DNA from: the human T2T-CHM13v2.0 reference genome, Homo sapiens
Assembly: GCF_009914755.1 (NCBI RefSeq)
Contig: NC_060931.1
Strand: one strand, 5' to 3'
Length of the DNA stretch: 64,000 nt
Below, piece after piece: positions 25,171 to 39,524 of the stretch. The translations under genes were made by a program, and so were the position numbers. How positions within the stretch are numbered: position 1 is the first letter of the stretch; the number at the start of each line of letters is the position of its first letter. Under the pieces are notes generated by a model. That model was not told the origin of the DNA, did not search any database, and saw only the letters and a program-made list of their open reading frames with translations.

Positions 25171-26075
25171 TATTTGAAAAGCATGTGGGCAAAGTAACTT
25201 AGGGGTAGTAAAAGAGACTTCAAAGCTGCTTTTGTTTAATATTATAAATTCCTGAACTTTTGCTTTCCCTTACTAAAAATATTACTATTTTCAATAATAA
25301 GTAATAATATTTTAAGATAATTCTTGTATTTTTCAATAACTATAATTTGGTCTACTTAGTTACTGAACTCTTAGTTACTGAACTTAGTTCTTAGTTACTA
25401 AGTGCAAAAGAAAATGAATTGTAATTCTCTAGGAAGTAAAGATGTAGCCACACTAGGTAAAATGTCCATATATGTTTCATCAGGTGTTTTTATATTCTTA
25501 GCAAAAGGTAAAATATAAAAGTTTGATATGTAACACTAAAAACAAAATACATTTTGTGAGACTTGGCAAATAATATTAAATAGTATACAATAATATTCAC
25601 TTAGTTTGCAAAGAACTTTCGAAAAGAAGATTAGATATACTTGGGTATTGACCTTTAAGTTTCAGGACTTTCTAAAAAAATTGTGTGGCTCATGCTAGTT
25701 TCCTAGCAGACTTTATCTATGATGTGTAACTATCAGCAATAACATTACGAAAACAATTGTTTATATTAGACACTAGAGAGTTTTGTAACCCTGATTCACA
25801 TACTAATTAAAATCTTTGAATAAAAGGAAACAAAAATGTTATGGAGAAGAAAGAAGGCATATATCAGGTAACTAATAAAGAAAAAAGTATTATTGAATAA
25901 ATTACATTTCACACTAACTCTGGATAATTTTGCCATTTGAAACAGGAATGAAATTGCTATTAACTGTTAATCCCTTTGCATTCTGAGCATAGTAATCTAG
26001 ATAAACCATTAATCATATGCTGCTATTTACCCCCATTGGGCCATCATGTTCTCCTGTATCATAATCACATGTGAT

Positions 26076-26560
26076 TGTATGGCAAATGCACCAGACAGTG
26101 ATAACTTAAGCATACCCTTAGAATGACCCTGTATGGCAAACACACCTGAATGTGTGTTCCCAGTTCTGAGCTAGGGAATCCAGGAATGACCAACCCAGAG
26201 ATTTGCTCTATGAGGAGCATCTGAGCCTCTGTCCTGTACCATGGAGCACGGGCTGGGCCATATGGAGAATCAAGGCCACAAGTTTTGGGTTGACTGAATG
26301 GTGCCACGTGGAAGTTGTTAGGGAGAAGGTGCTAAGTGAAAATGCTATATAAAAACTGCGTGCTTTTTGCAAGCAGTTGCAATTCTTCTGCCCCTGCCTG
26401 CCACCATCAAGCCATGCGATTCTCCTTTCCAGTCTGCCACCAGTGGAGTCTCTTTGAGATGTAAGCCCCTCTAAAACCCCTCATTTGCTGACTCTGGGTC
26501 TCTTTGGCTTCTTGAACCTGGTGCCATCCCCATTGGCATCGATACAGGTTGGCCACAACG
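26076..26560 (+). mobile_element. ERVL solo LTR (LTR47A-like)
   Basis: tgtatggcaaatgcacc...acaac(g) with perfect 5-bp TSD gtgat (26071-26075 / 26561-26565); TATA box at 26346. Confidence 0.85.
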
Positions 26561-26633
26561 GTGATTGACCCTTAACCCAGATCAGCTGCTTGTCAAAACA
26601 CAAAGTCTTCAGACTTGACCAATAAAATTAGAT

Positions 26634-26960
26634 GGCTCTAAGTGTGGTGGTTCACACCCATATCCTCAGTATGTTGGGAGGCAGAGGCAGAAGGATTGCT
26701 TGAGGCCAGGAGTTTAAGGCCAGCCTGGGCAACAAAGCAAGACCTCATCTCTAAAAATAAAAAAGTTTTAATAAAAAAATAAATAGCCAAACATCGTGGT
26801 GCACACCTGTTTCCCAGCTACTCAGGAGGCTGAGGTGGGAGGATTGTTTGAGCCCAGGAGTTCAAGGTTACAGTGAGCTACGGTTGTGCCATTGCACTCC
26901 AGCCTAGGCAACAGAGCAAGACTCTATCTCTAAAATTAAAAAACAAAACAAAACAAAAAA
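26634..26960 (+). mobile_element. AluJ
   Basis: Dimeric Alu with J-type features (ggattgcttgaggccaggag, gagcccaggagttcaagg); tail decayed to (AAAAC)n. Confidence 0.92.
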
Positions 26961-27527
26961 CTAAATAGCTCTATATAGGTACCTAGAAGTTTCATCTTGT
27001 GTTCCTTTTAATGTCTATCAAAATTCATCATTATTAAACAGTAGTTGATGAATCTGTATCCCATCCCCTTTTCTAAATTTTTCCCTGAGTTAATCTAGAG
27101 TCTGCATGATCAGAGAACAGCCTATTGTACATCATTAGGTGCACAAGTTTCCTGAATTGTTTCTTATGCAACGGTATTAGTTTAGGTTTTAAAATATTGT
27201 CAGAAATAGGCCCGTGAAACATCATCACTGCAAGGATTTTGTGAAGTACATTGCTTATTACTTTAAACTGCCTTCTTTATTGGAACACTTAGAACAAATT
27301 CATTTCTTGTCTTGGCATCAAAAAGAGCTTTGTCTCTTCTGAATAATTTTTGACACAAACTTTGTGGCTACCTACATTTCCCTCTTTGATTTGTTTGTTA
27401 AAAGCTGCCTCTGTTTATCAGGCTAGTATGTTTTGGGGCAGAGTTTTGTGTAGTACCTTCATCTTTGCTCACTGGTGTGCTCCTATCATTGTTTTCTTTT
27501 GGAATCACGTTATCCACTTCCCATTTA

Positions 27528-27995
27528 TGTTATTGTGCCAGTCCTGGGGCTCACACTTATCTATGATTGTCTTCCCAGCTCCTCTCAGTTGGTTTCCACT
27601 GTGTTCAGCCAATGAGAGGCACTTTGGGAAGGCTGGAGTCCAGAGGCTGGGAAAGGCCAGGGTACTTTTCCCTCTTTCTTTCTCTTTCCAGAGATGCAGT
27701 CAGCAACTACATATCTGCTGAGGCCCTGGTTCCTGCCAGAGAGCCCTGCAGTGGTTCTAGCTCCTATGGGAGGATTCAGTCCTTAGGTTCCATTAACACA
27801 GCCTTATCACCTTCTTCTTTCAGCTGTAGGATGGCAGCTGTCTCCTGCTGTTGCTAATTTCTGTGTACCTCATCATCCCCTATTTGCCCTCTTCCTCAGT
27901 TTATTGCCTGTGTAAACACTCTTTTCTATTAAATTTACTTTATTAAACATGTTTAGACCAGTTTCTGTTTTCCTGGTTAGACCCTGACGGTTATC
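27528..27995 (+). mobile_element. ERVL LTR (LTR33-like)
   Basis: ttcagccaatgagaggcact...cctgctgttgctaa...attaaa...tttctgttttcctggttagaccctgac. Confidence 0.7.
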
Positions 27996-30900
27996 TTGCG
28001 AAATGTCATATATTTCCATATAAGGTATCTTAAATCCTTTTGGAAGACAGCCAGAAGTCTGGATAGATAGGGAGAGGGGCGGAGGAAGATAGAAAGAAGG
28101 AGACAGAGATAAAGATGAAAGAAAGTGTGAGACACTATGTAAATATTCTAAGTTCATAATGTTTGTAAATAGATTTCTAGGGCATAATTGCGTTCAAACT
28201 TGCATTTCACAGACTCTCTTTGCACTTCATTCAGATTTTTAAATTCATTTTTGCTTTCTTAATGTTACTTATAAGATTTTTTGATAGAATGTTAAGGAAT
28301 CTAATTTATGAAAATAAATGATTAGCTATTTTTTTCATGACTGTGAAAGTAGCAGTAATCTTTTAAAACTTTCCATTTTTCATTTGGATTTATTTTAAGC
28401 ATTCTTCAGTCTTGCCTAAAATAACATTTCTTACTTACATACTCTTACACTTTAAGTCATGTTGAAAATTATGTGCAAAATCTGATTTTTTTTGAGAAAG
28501 ATACACTTGTTTTCCTTTTAATGTCATTAATATTAATTACTCCTAGAAGGCCCTGATATTAACATGTGGGAAGTATAATAGCGATATTATAAATCTGGTT
28601 AAACTTACAACAACCTAACAGCTGTCTTATTCCATATGTGCTCCAGATATTTTTCTAGGATCTTTTAATGGGACATACTTGTATTATTATGTATACACAC
28701 AATTTTCATATGTTTGTTACGAGGTTTTTTTTTTTTTTCTTTTCATTTTTTGGAACATTCCTCCCTGATATACCATATGTCAAGAAACAGACTTGTAATA
28801 TGTGAGCTATAGCTCTTCAGTGGCAGTCATATGTTCATGGGAGACCTTGGGTTTCCTTTTGTTAAACATTTCTGTGACATTTACACCACAAGCTAAGCTC
28901 TCAACAAGCACCCCTGATTTTTTTCCTCCACACAAATCTTTATTTAATGAATATATTGGCAAAGGCAGCTACTCACCACTATGCCCAATATTAATTATCA
29001 ACATAAAATCAGTAATTATTACTAATTAAAATTTAAATTCTTGAACAAAAACTTTCTCTTCCATCAAAAGCAGGGATAAAATTTCACACTTGGTAATTAG
29101 TATTTCTGTTAATAATGATGGTCTTTATTACAACATTTATTATTTTTTCAAAATTCATTAATTTTTCTGATCCTAATTTACTTATGACATATACTCCACT
29201 CTCTTCCAGTAAGATTTTTGGTAGAATAAAATTAAGTGTGAAAAAAATGGGGAAAACATTATATTATGAAGTTAAGGAATGAATTTAAGACCACATATAT
29301 ATGGGTTGCCTATCTCTAGATCAACTAATTATCAATATTAAGTGATAAATATGGTTATATATTTCCAGACAAGATCAAAGAATCCAAACAAATATTGTCA
29401 TTCACAGACAAAAATATGGCAATTCATGTGTAAAGATCTTTTTTTCCCCCAGAATTCAATTACAGATTTACTCTCCATGGCATTTAACAATTGAGAAGGC
29501 AAATATTTTTAATTACAAAGTTATCTAAAAATTTATTTTAATTAGTTCAGTTACACCTGTTTTAGCTAAAAATTTCCAGAAGATGCAGAGTTACTGTTTA
29601 CGTGGTTAATTCTTAAAACATCCTTCTATGTAGAAGATATGATATTAAATCAATATATAAGACTAAGACATAAGGTCTGGACACTTTGCTACTTTTTTTT
29701 AATGCTATTAATATTGGACTAGAACATGGCAAATGTATTCAAGTAGATAGTAAACATGCCCATTAGGCTTTCCTGAAACTTCTGTCTTGAAAGAGCCTTT
29801 GGCAGTAGCTGTATGGCCGTCAAGACATGATTGGATCCCCTAAGTATATTTCACTCAGTTATGTCGCTTAATTGAAAGTCATATGCTCTATTTAGCAGAA
29901 GCGAGGAAGACCAGTCCTCATCCTACTTTAAATTTTTAAGAATTTGATATTTGTCTCAAAGACAATTCAGAACTGATATAGGTAGGCATCAGGCACTAGC
30001 AGTTAGATCTAGGTTCATACACAGAAAAAAAGCTTTGAATCTTCTTAAGTACTTTCAGAAAATGTCAAAAGTGTGGACTTTAAAGCACAGAAGATAGGAC
30101 AGTATGAAAACAAAAAATGAGGAAAGTACTAGTTCTGTATAACTAATAGAATGTCTAATATATATTTCTTATATAAAGAATTGTACCTGGAAATGGTGAA
30201 GTAAGCTGTAAAACTGAAAGAAAGATTTGACGCTATTATTTAAATCTACTGGTTTAAATGTTGAAGAACACATATGGAATGCAATCATTTTTGATTAATC
30301 AGAATTCATACTGAGATGCCTTTCTAGGCATCTGTCAGTCATCAAGCCCAATCTCAATATAAATCTACTACCAAAACAATAGTGATGCTTTGTTTTTGTC
30401 TTTTCATAGATAAGAAATATTTTTCCAATTCACTTGGAGGCTAACAGGTGGTTATACAATAAGTAGTTTGAAGACATGAGAAAATGGCTATTTCACAATA
30501 TTTAAAAGTTGAAGTTATATGTAAATGTAACTGATATGGGAATACACAGCATGAAAGATAACTAGCAAAGATTAAAAGAAAGTATTAAAATTTGTGAAGA
30601 TAGAAAAAGAATAAGAAAATTAGAAATAATGTTTGAAGAATCATCTTGATAAATTGTCTTTTATTGGCTATCCCGGGGGACTAGTTCTAGGGATTTGGTA
30701 TATCATAGAAAGACAGAAGATGATAACTGGCTTGTGATGTTTCCAAAATTAATTTTGGTTTACACTCAAGGCTTTACATGATAGCCACCAAAAAGTACCT
30801 TGTTTATTAAGCCCTGCTTCTAAGTGGTTTGAAGGACTAAGAAAATGCAGAACAATTCAATAAACTGTATTAAACTCCTTCTGAAACTGCATTTATTTAT

Positions 30901-31058
30901 TTGTAGTTTTTCTTACAAGACTCTATTTTGTGAAGTAATACCTACTGAGAATGAAATAATTCAAAGTATGTAGGCAGACTATTAAGAAAAGCTAAGTCCT
31001 TTGTGTTTGTTTGATGCCACAATTTAAATAGGAGAATTCCTTTAACAGCTTCAGGGGT

Positions 31059-31501
31059 TGCTATTGTTTGGATGTGGTTTGTCTCCACTAAAACTCAAGT
31101 TGAAATTTGATCCCAAATGTGGCAGTGTTGAGAAGTAGGGCCTAGCGGGTAGTGTTTGGGTCAAGGGGGCAGATCCCTCATGAATAGATGAATATCCTTC
31201 AGTGGGGGTGAGTTCTCACTCTCATGGGAAAGGATTAGTTCCTGTGAGAAGGGGTTGTTAAAGAGTCTAGCTTCCTTGGTTTCTCTCTCTGGCCCCCTCT
31301 CTTGCCATATGATCTGTTTGCACACACCTGCTCCCCTTTTGCACTCACAGTAGATGAGGGCAATATGAGGCCCTCGCCAGATGCAGCTGCCCAATTATAA
31401 ACTTTCCAGCCACCAGAATCATGAGCCAAATAAACCTCTTTTCTTAATAAGTTACCCAGCCTCAAGTATTTTCTTACAGCAACACTGAATGGACTGAGAC
31501 A
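31059..31501 (+). mobile_element. MaLR solo LTR (MSTB-like)
   Basis: tgctattgtttggatgtgg...ccagaatcatgagccaaataaacc...cagcaacactgaatggactgagaca. Confidence 0.9.
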
Positions 31502-33779
31502 GTAGTGGTGACAGTAAATTTTAAAGACTTCTTTTTGAGACTTCTGGCTTTTTTTCCACTTAAACTTAATTGCCTTGCAGTCAACTTCCAATTATGTCCA
31601 CCTGATCCTAGTGATTACAAAGTGCCCTACCACTTCACCAATATGTGTTGTCACTAATGATTTTAGTTGGAAAAATAATAACTATGAAATGCATGGTTGT
31701 AATAAGGAAAATATTTTATAATTTTGAATTAGTAGTATTACTTTAATTCATCTGTTTTGTATTTCTAGTCTATGTAAACTAGGACCACAGCTAAAATGCA
31801 ATACCAGCCACAAACTCTTATTCAAAGATTGTACTCTCCCAAAAGACAAAGGTAAGGTAAATCAGTAACTTTAATCACAACATTATCTATGAAGAGATTG
31901 ACAAATAAATATAAGATAGCTGAATTTACCCACAAAAGTGCAAAATAGCTGTCAGTAGTTCACATGTATGTGTAGAATCCTCACATTTCGAATACCTAAC
32001 AAAACGTAACTATAGTCCTAAAGTAAATGTTAAAATTAGTTAAAGCTAAAATGTGTGTCTTTAAGCCAAAGTTGAAAGTGTCAGAAAGTGCTATAGGAAC
32101 TTAAAGGCAAACTCGGTGACTTCCTTTCTCTGAAAGGACTGAAAAATGATTTCTTTGTACTTAGATTCACAGGAGTATATTCTCTAGTTTAAGGCAAATT
32201 AATTTAACATTTGATCTTACTTTATGATTTGGTTTAAAATACATTTGTGTATTTTAAATTAACTTATTTGTAAAGGAAATTTTTGTCCAACTGTGGTAAT
32301 GTTCTCTTCTGCTCTGAAAAGGAAGGAAGGAAGGAAGGAAATTTGAAGTTATGCTAATGAAACAACTTGAAAATACAATATATTTTATCATACAACAGCT
32401 TTATATTTGTGCAGGGGAAAATTGTGGCTAAAATATCCCAAAGGTAAACATTAAAGAAAAAAAAAGTTAATTTGTTTCTGCAATTCAACTAGGACAGTCA
32501 GAGCAGCAAGCTAATTGGAGTAAGGAGGGTTGCATTGAGGTAACAGTTTTCAAATTTAAAATATATACCTTTCCCCTCTTAAGAAATACTTATTTGTTTG
32601 CTGACTTCCTCACTGCTAGTATTTATCATTTTTTTTCCCATGGATTTTTTTTTTCCTTCTTCTTCTTCAGTCCCTTCTAAAAAGGGAACAGGAACTCCAT
32701 TCTGGAACTGACTTCCTTCACTAGGAGCCAAGAATCTACCCTACGAACTTTCTGGAGGAACTCTCAGTTGCTGAAACGTAAGCTAAAATATAGCAAATAG
32801 AGTTATCACTTGTTACAAAAATAATATATAGGTGTTTATATGGCTATACTACAACATTAGCACCACTTCCTAGATCATAGCAATGGAATAGACTGAACAT
32901 TACTTCAATAACCATCTTAGTCTTAAAGCCAAAATAACTTAATTTTAGAAGTCCTATTTTATAACAGATAAAAGTGCAGTACTGTTGCATTCACACATTA
33001 TTGAAAGCTACATTTGATTTTATGTCATTCTTTAGAGAGAATTTTACTTTTAGATTTATTTTTTGGAAAAAAATAAAACAGCTGCTTTTAGTTTAAATAG
33101 TTTACTCTTGCTGAATGCAATAGCAGTCTAGAAACATTTTTCTTATCAAGGTTTATCTCCACTTGTTAAAGTTTAGAAAAGAGACTGCCAGATTTTCTGC
33201 TTCAAAAGCGATAAGAACAAATGTAACTATAGATTCTGCTCATTTATCATTAGTATGTATGGTTTCACAGAACAAAGTAAAAATGCATCTAGCTCTGCTT
33301 AGAAAGAAGATACATTTGATTTAGACCAAAAGGAAACATCAGATATTTAATTTCAAAAGACAGTGGTACAGGTTTTGTAGAAGAGGAGAGAATAATTCAT
33401 AAATAATATAATAATGGAATTTGAAGTATAAAGGTATTGGTTTGAAGTTCACTAGACTCAGGTATTTTTAAGGGTTTGTGGGGAAGACAATGTCTTAAAA
33501 CAGTCACTTATTATTCTAATGCTTAGGGTTGAAACACAGTGCTTTTTCTATTCAAGAAGATTTGCAAATACTTTTTATACCTACATAGTATCATTTCTAA
33601 TTCAGCAATTAACATTTACATGCACTTAAATATTGCACAAAATAACTATTAGGAATTATAGGACAGATAGTATAGTCTAGGCATGCTAAACACAGCAAGA
33701 TAAAAGATAAAAAAGAATGCACAGGGGGATGATATACAAAGATACAAGTAGTCCAAATGTAGTATGATAGGCATTATGG

Positions 33780-34370
33780 GTGAAAAATGGGTGAGCAATT
33801 TATGGACAAGGCACAATTCATGGAGGGAAAAAGACTAGATCTAGGACTTGAGGAAGAATAATCAAGATGATTTCAAGTAGAGAATGAGAAAGGGAGAAGA
33901 CATTCTGCATAAGGGGCATAAGTAAAGGCACTGAATCATAAAAGGATACCAGGAGTTTGGGAACAGAAATATTGTTTAAATTGGTCATACATCATCAGTT
34001 GTTGAAATGGTCTTGTAGGAAACAATGGAGGAGATACAGATTTGAGCCAGGATAATGAAGGAAATTTAACTGAAGCTTTAGCAAAATTGCATGATACATA
34101 TCTGTAATGGCAAATAGGTCACTATGGCTAAAATATGTGATATCTTTGACTAACGAAAGAAAGCAAGAGTCAGATGAAATGACTGGAAAGATACATATGT
34201 AAAAAATTGAGAAGGGTCTTGCAGAGTGTGCTAAAATGTTGTATTTTAGCTGCAGTCAATGGGGGTCCACTGAAGCATTTAAGCTGGGAAATGGCATGAT
34301 GAGTTGTCATTTGGGATGACTGTGGTGATGCTGTGTAGCATGAGAATGTGAAGGAAGTGAATTGCATAAG
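33780..34370 (-). mobile_element. L2 fragments
   Basis: Antisense L2 motifs (aagggtcttgcagagtgtgctaaaatg, ccactgaagcatttaagctggg). Confidence 0.55.
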
Positions 34371-34371
34371 A

Positions 34372-35425
34372 CCGGGTCATGTTAATTTTGCCTTCCCATC
34401 ATTCTTCCTTCCCCTTCTAGTGAAAGGACCTTTTCCTTTCTCTCTTTTTTTGGCTGGTTCTTGGAGCAAAAGGCATCCTATTATGCCTTGGCTAGGTTAA
34501 TTATCTGGGCTAATTATAGTATTCTTTATCCCCGGCTACAGTGAAAGAATCAGAGATAGGTATGTATCCCTAGTGGGGTTTACCCTGAGATATTTTTTTC
34601 AGATGTTTCTTCTGAGGAAGAATGTAGTTTCATTTTAAGTGCAGAGCCACTTGCAACTTTAGAACCAGCCTCGTGGGAATAGCTGGCCTGAAAATTACAG
34701 ATTAGAACTGAACAGAGGAAAGGAGAAAGGAGACTCCTGATAGACTCTATCCCCATAGTCAGTCTTCTCTGGAACTAGCTCTATCTCATTTCCAAATTGT
34801 ATTTATGTGATTATAGTAGTTTGAAAGTGGCCCCAGTTCTTCCCCTCCCTTTATCTGTGCCCTTTGCAGTGTGAATTTTCAGCTCCTGCCATCAAAAAAA
34901 TGGATTCTATTCTCCAATTCTCAAAGCCAGGATAACCTTGTAACTTGCTTTGGCCAATAGAATGAGGAGGAAGTGATCATGTACCAGCTCTGAGCCTGAG
35001 TTTCAAGAGGCCTATGACAATCTGTCCTTTTGAAACCCTGCCATTGCTGTAAGAACAAACCTACACTGGCTCACTGGAGGTTGGAAGACCTTGTGAAGGA
35101 GAGCTGAGTCATCCTGGCCAGATGGCAGCCGACTTGCCAGCCTACCTCAATTATGCTAGCCCAACCAAAAATATTCAAACCCAGTCCAGCTTAGCAGTTG
35201 TGCTCACCTAACCTATAGGCTTATAGGGCAAAATCAATGTTTACTGTTTATATTCCACTGAGATGTAATGGCTATTTCTGACATTGTTTATTGTGACATT
35301 ATATAATTGACAGTATATGACTGTGACAATATATAATTGATGCGATAAGCCAATACATTTACCCTTTTTAGAATAAATTAGCTGGATGTGAGATTATGAA
35401 ACAACTAAGTGAATCCAAACATAAC
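34372..35425 (+). mobile_element. LTR16-like ERVL LTR interrupted by an MLT1G/H-like LTR (~34810-35340)
   Basis: The LTR16-like body breaks at ttatgtga and resumes with ataagccaataca. The inner element has the MLT1 hallmark cttgtaacttgctttggccaatagaatg. Confidence 0.55.
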
Positions 35426-36009
35426 CAGTTAGCGAGGCATTTCAATCATCTAGATGAGAGTTCATAGCCTGAAATACCATGGAATGCACAATTATTTAAC
35501 ATTATAAACAAATTAGAGAACCTAAAGTTGCTCTAAAAGAGTATTTTAAAAAACAACAAATGTGATGGGTGATGCACAAAACTTGTTATACAGTTGGATG
35601 CAGTCTGGGAGTAAGGGGATATTGTTAAAAATGATGCTAAGATTTCAATTTAGAAAAATTAGGAGTTTGATAACTAAAATGGGGAATAAAGAAGCAGAGC
35701 AGGGGACTGAGAAAACATGATCTAAGTGACAAACACAGAAGTTAGGGAAAGAGTGGAATTCAAATGTGTTAGCATTTAATGATTTCCATGGTTATGGAAA
35801 GATCAAGTATGATTGAGTCTAGAATGAAGGCATTGGTTTTGATAATTAGAACAGAGTGGTTGAATTTTCCATTGCAACTTCAGTGAAAACAGAGTGGAAT
35901 GTATGAGAAAATACAATCTGCACCAATTATTAACCACTATTATTTATATTGTATATATCTGTTTTTAAGTATATATGTCTATATTTACTTTGAAAGGAAG
36001 GCATACATG

Positions 36010-36650
36010 TATATTTACTCATTGATGCACTCAACATTTACGTATTGCCTGCTTTTTGTCATGTTGATTGCCAGGGATATGGATAGTGTCTCTGCTGATA
36101 TTCCTGTGAAGGAGATATTATGTAGACATATATATGAAATATGTAAAAATAAGATAGAAGAAAATATTTAATAACATAAAATATCATATCACAGAGAGAG
36201 AAATCATCAACTCTACCTTTCAGAAGGCTTCCTAAAAGACAACATATGAATTGGGTTTTGAAGCATGAATCTAAATTCTCCATTTGGATAAGCAAATATG
36301 TGACCATCTAGTCAAAGGAAACTGTTGCCTAAATGGTCATAGATTGTAAACTTGTACTGGGTATGATAATGACATTTCAACAACTTGATTCTGATGAAGC
36401 ACAAAGTGTGCTGGGAAAGCTGTGATCATTGAGATTGGTGACGAAGGCAGAGGCCAAATCTGCCTTTGTCGCAGTCTCAATGACCACAAAGAGATTTGTG
36501 CATTCCTAAGGTTGAGATCTGCACTATAGAGAAGGCTAAGAGTTGAAGACACCTAAAGCAAGGGGGCCGCAGAGTCAGATTTTTGTTTGGAAAGGTAATT
36601 CAGAGGATAGTAGAGAATTGAAAAGAAGTAGGGAATGAGAAAAAGATGGT
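36010..36650 (-). mobile_element. L2 3' region
   Basis: actcattgatgcactcaacatttacgtattgcctgc... antisense L2 tail and body. Confidence 0.6.
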
Positions 36651-37367
36651 CAAGATAAAAGTCTTTCTAAATATCAGTGACTATTCCTACAAAATGCCAT
36701 CAAGAATTTTTTGCGTATCAATGTATTAACCATATATGTCTTTACTTAATGCTTTATTTTATATCAATGTGCTTGAAAATTCAAGCTTATTCAGAACAAA
36801 ACTAATTTCACTATCTTAAAACAGAGTAACTTTATTTTTATGATTTATTCTTACATGACATCTAAAATAATCTTCTGTACTACTAGTGCCAAGTAAACGA
36901 CTTGGAAAACAGTGCCCTCTGTCATCCATGGTAAGAAAAAGGAGAAGATAGAGTTGAGAGACACAGAGAGAGATTCACCAAGGCCTGATAATTGATTGGG
37001 TGATGGTGGTAATGCTAACTTTACATTTAGACACTTCATATGTGCTGAACACAATTGTAAGCACTTCAATATGCTTACAATGAGAGCAGAGCGAGTTGTC
37101 TCATTTTTTATGGAATTATCTACAATTTACGAATGGGAAATGCAGCGTAGAGTCTAGTAGAATGGTTCTCAGGTTTCTCATCCCACTGGTTTTCTCTAAA
37201 GACTCATCTGGATAAAATAAAGGTTCCATAACATTGTGAATAAGCTAGCATTTATTGGGTGCTATAACTTACTAGTTATTGTAACGGGATTTTGATGGTG
37301 TTCGGTGATACTAAGTCCAGGAACAAAAAAAGAACCATAGTCTCCCCTGCTAATAAAAACTAACCTT

Positions 37368-37691
<324 letters not shown>

Positions 37692-37869
37692 TTAATATCC
37701 CTGTGGAATTATTATTAAAGAATGGTAGCAAACTTAGGTAAAGTGCCAATTGATTAAGAACTGAAGTTGTATTATTCCATATCCTAAAGAACTCTGGTGA
37801 AATTGAGTTGGAATGTACAGTGTGGACATTCTACCTTCTGCTCATTGATCCATATTGCTTTGTTTTTTT

Positions 37870-38230
37870 TTCCCAATTATTTGGTAAATATATATTAAAG
37901 ACTGACTCTGTGACAAGTACTCTGGTTACAAGATCAAAGAAACACCTGTCGACCTTCATGGAATTTATATCCTATTGACGAAAGAGATAATTCACAAGTT
38001 AATTAGATATTCCATATGTTAGATGGCCATAAGTGGCTTGGGCAAATACATAAAGCAGTGACAAATGATAAGGAAAGCCAAAAGGCTCTGAATGCAGTTT
38101 ATAATGGGATGGACAAGGAAAGGTCTCATTGAGAGCTTTGCAATTTTGACAAAGATCTGAAGGAAGTAAGACACAAGATAACCCAGGTAGAAGTATTCTA
38201 TACAGAGGAAACAGCAACAGAAAAAAATCC
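37870..38230 (-). mobile_element. L2
   Basis: gaccttcatggaatttatatcc...aaagatctgaaggaag...acagaggaaacagca. Confidence 0.6.
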
Positions 38231-39524
38231 CATATGTTTAAACAGGCATGGGGAAAATCCTCTCACCTGAGTAAGGTAGAGAGAGCTAGAACGCTCTGCA
38301 GGGTCTTAACCTCTCAGCTACAAAGAGGAAGTAGGAGAGAAAGAACCCAATAATAGCAACTACTTTTTAAGCCATAGTGACTCCATTGGCTAGTTATTGT
38401 GGTTTATAGTACATTCAAACTCTGATCAAGTGGATTAGCAACTAGTTCCTCCTTGAGGAAAAGCTAGAAATGAGTTTAACAGGAGCAGGTGTAGCATGAA
38501 AAAAGGGCAAAAATTGTTCTCTCCAGTGGCAGTCTTAGATGAAAGATAGGTGAATCGGGGATCTTCCTTCAGATAACTCCAGTTCATGCCAGATTGCATT
38601 TAAAAGATTGCTTTTCCAAACTGGCTTCCCTGTGTTATCATCATGTATGCATCCAAATCATTTCATTTATTGCTGAAATAAAGCCAATGCTATGCTTAAA
38701 TTCAACAGCTGTTTTATAGTATATTATGGAATAACTAAAGATAGGAAGTTTAAACACCATAATAATGCAACTAACAATCACGTTTCCAGAGTTCTCTCAC
38801 TTAAATGTAATCTTATTTTAATAAAGTAATTGAGTTTCAGTTTATAGAAATTCATACCTTATTTGAAAAGATTTTTATAACAGCATAAATATGCATATAA
38901 CCAGTAAAGTTGCTCATAAGATGAGAACAACTTCCAAATATAGGATACTGTTGAAATGAACTTACTTCTTTCACTTGAAAGATTATTTCTAACATAAGAA
39001 GAAGGTGCTTATAAAAAATAAATCAAAAGTAGCTCAAACAGCAGCAAAATCCAATAAAAGAGACATTTGAATGACTTTTCAGTATTGGATTTACCAGAGC
39101 TAGAAAATTATAAACAGAGAAGACATAGATGTCATGAAGTTACACAAGACTCTGATGCCTTAAAAAGAGGCCAGGGGACATTTCCCTAGGTCTTTTTCTT
39201 GTGCCCAGTGAAACAACATGCATTGGACCTAAGTTCATAGTAAACTCTGGCAATAACTGTTGGATTATTTAAATGGTCCTAGAGTGGAAAGAAATCTGTC
39301 CTGTATTCTCACCTTTTCATGACAATCCTAGAGTAAAACTGGCTACAGTAATAGAGAAGGTTTGGGACATAATTAGTATCATCCATCCATACAAAAATAC
39401 TCATCCCTCAAAGATGCAGATTTAGATTATTAAAGCTGATCTATATTCTCGCGGTAGATTTGGTAATGTCTTATTCAGTGGTCAGGGTAGGAATCTAACC
39501 TCAAGTTAAGTATTCTGTGGTATT

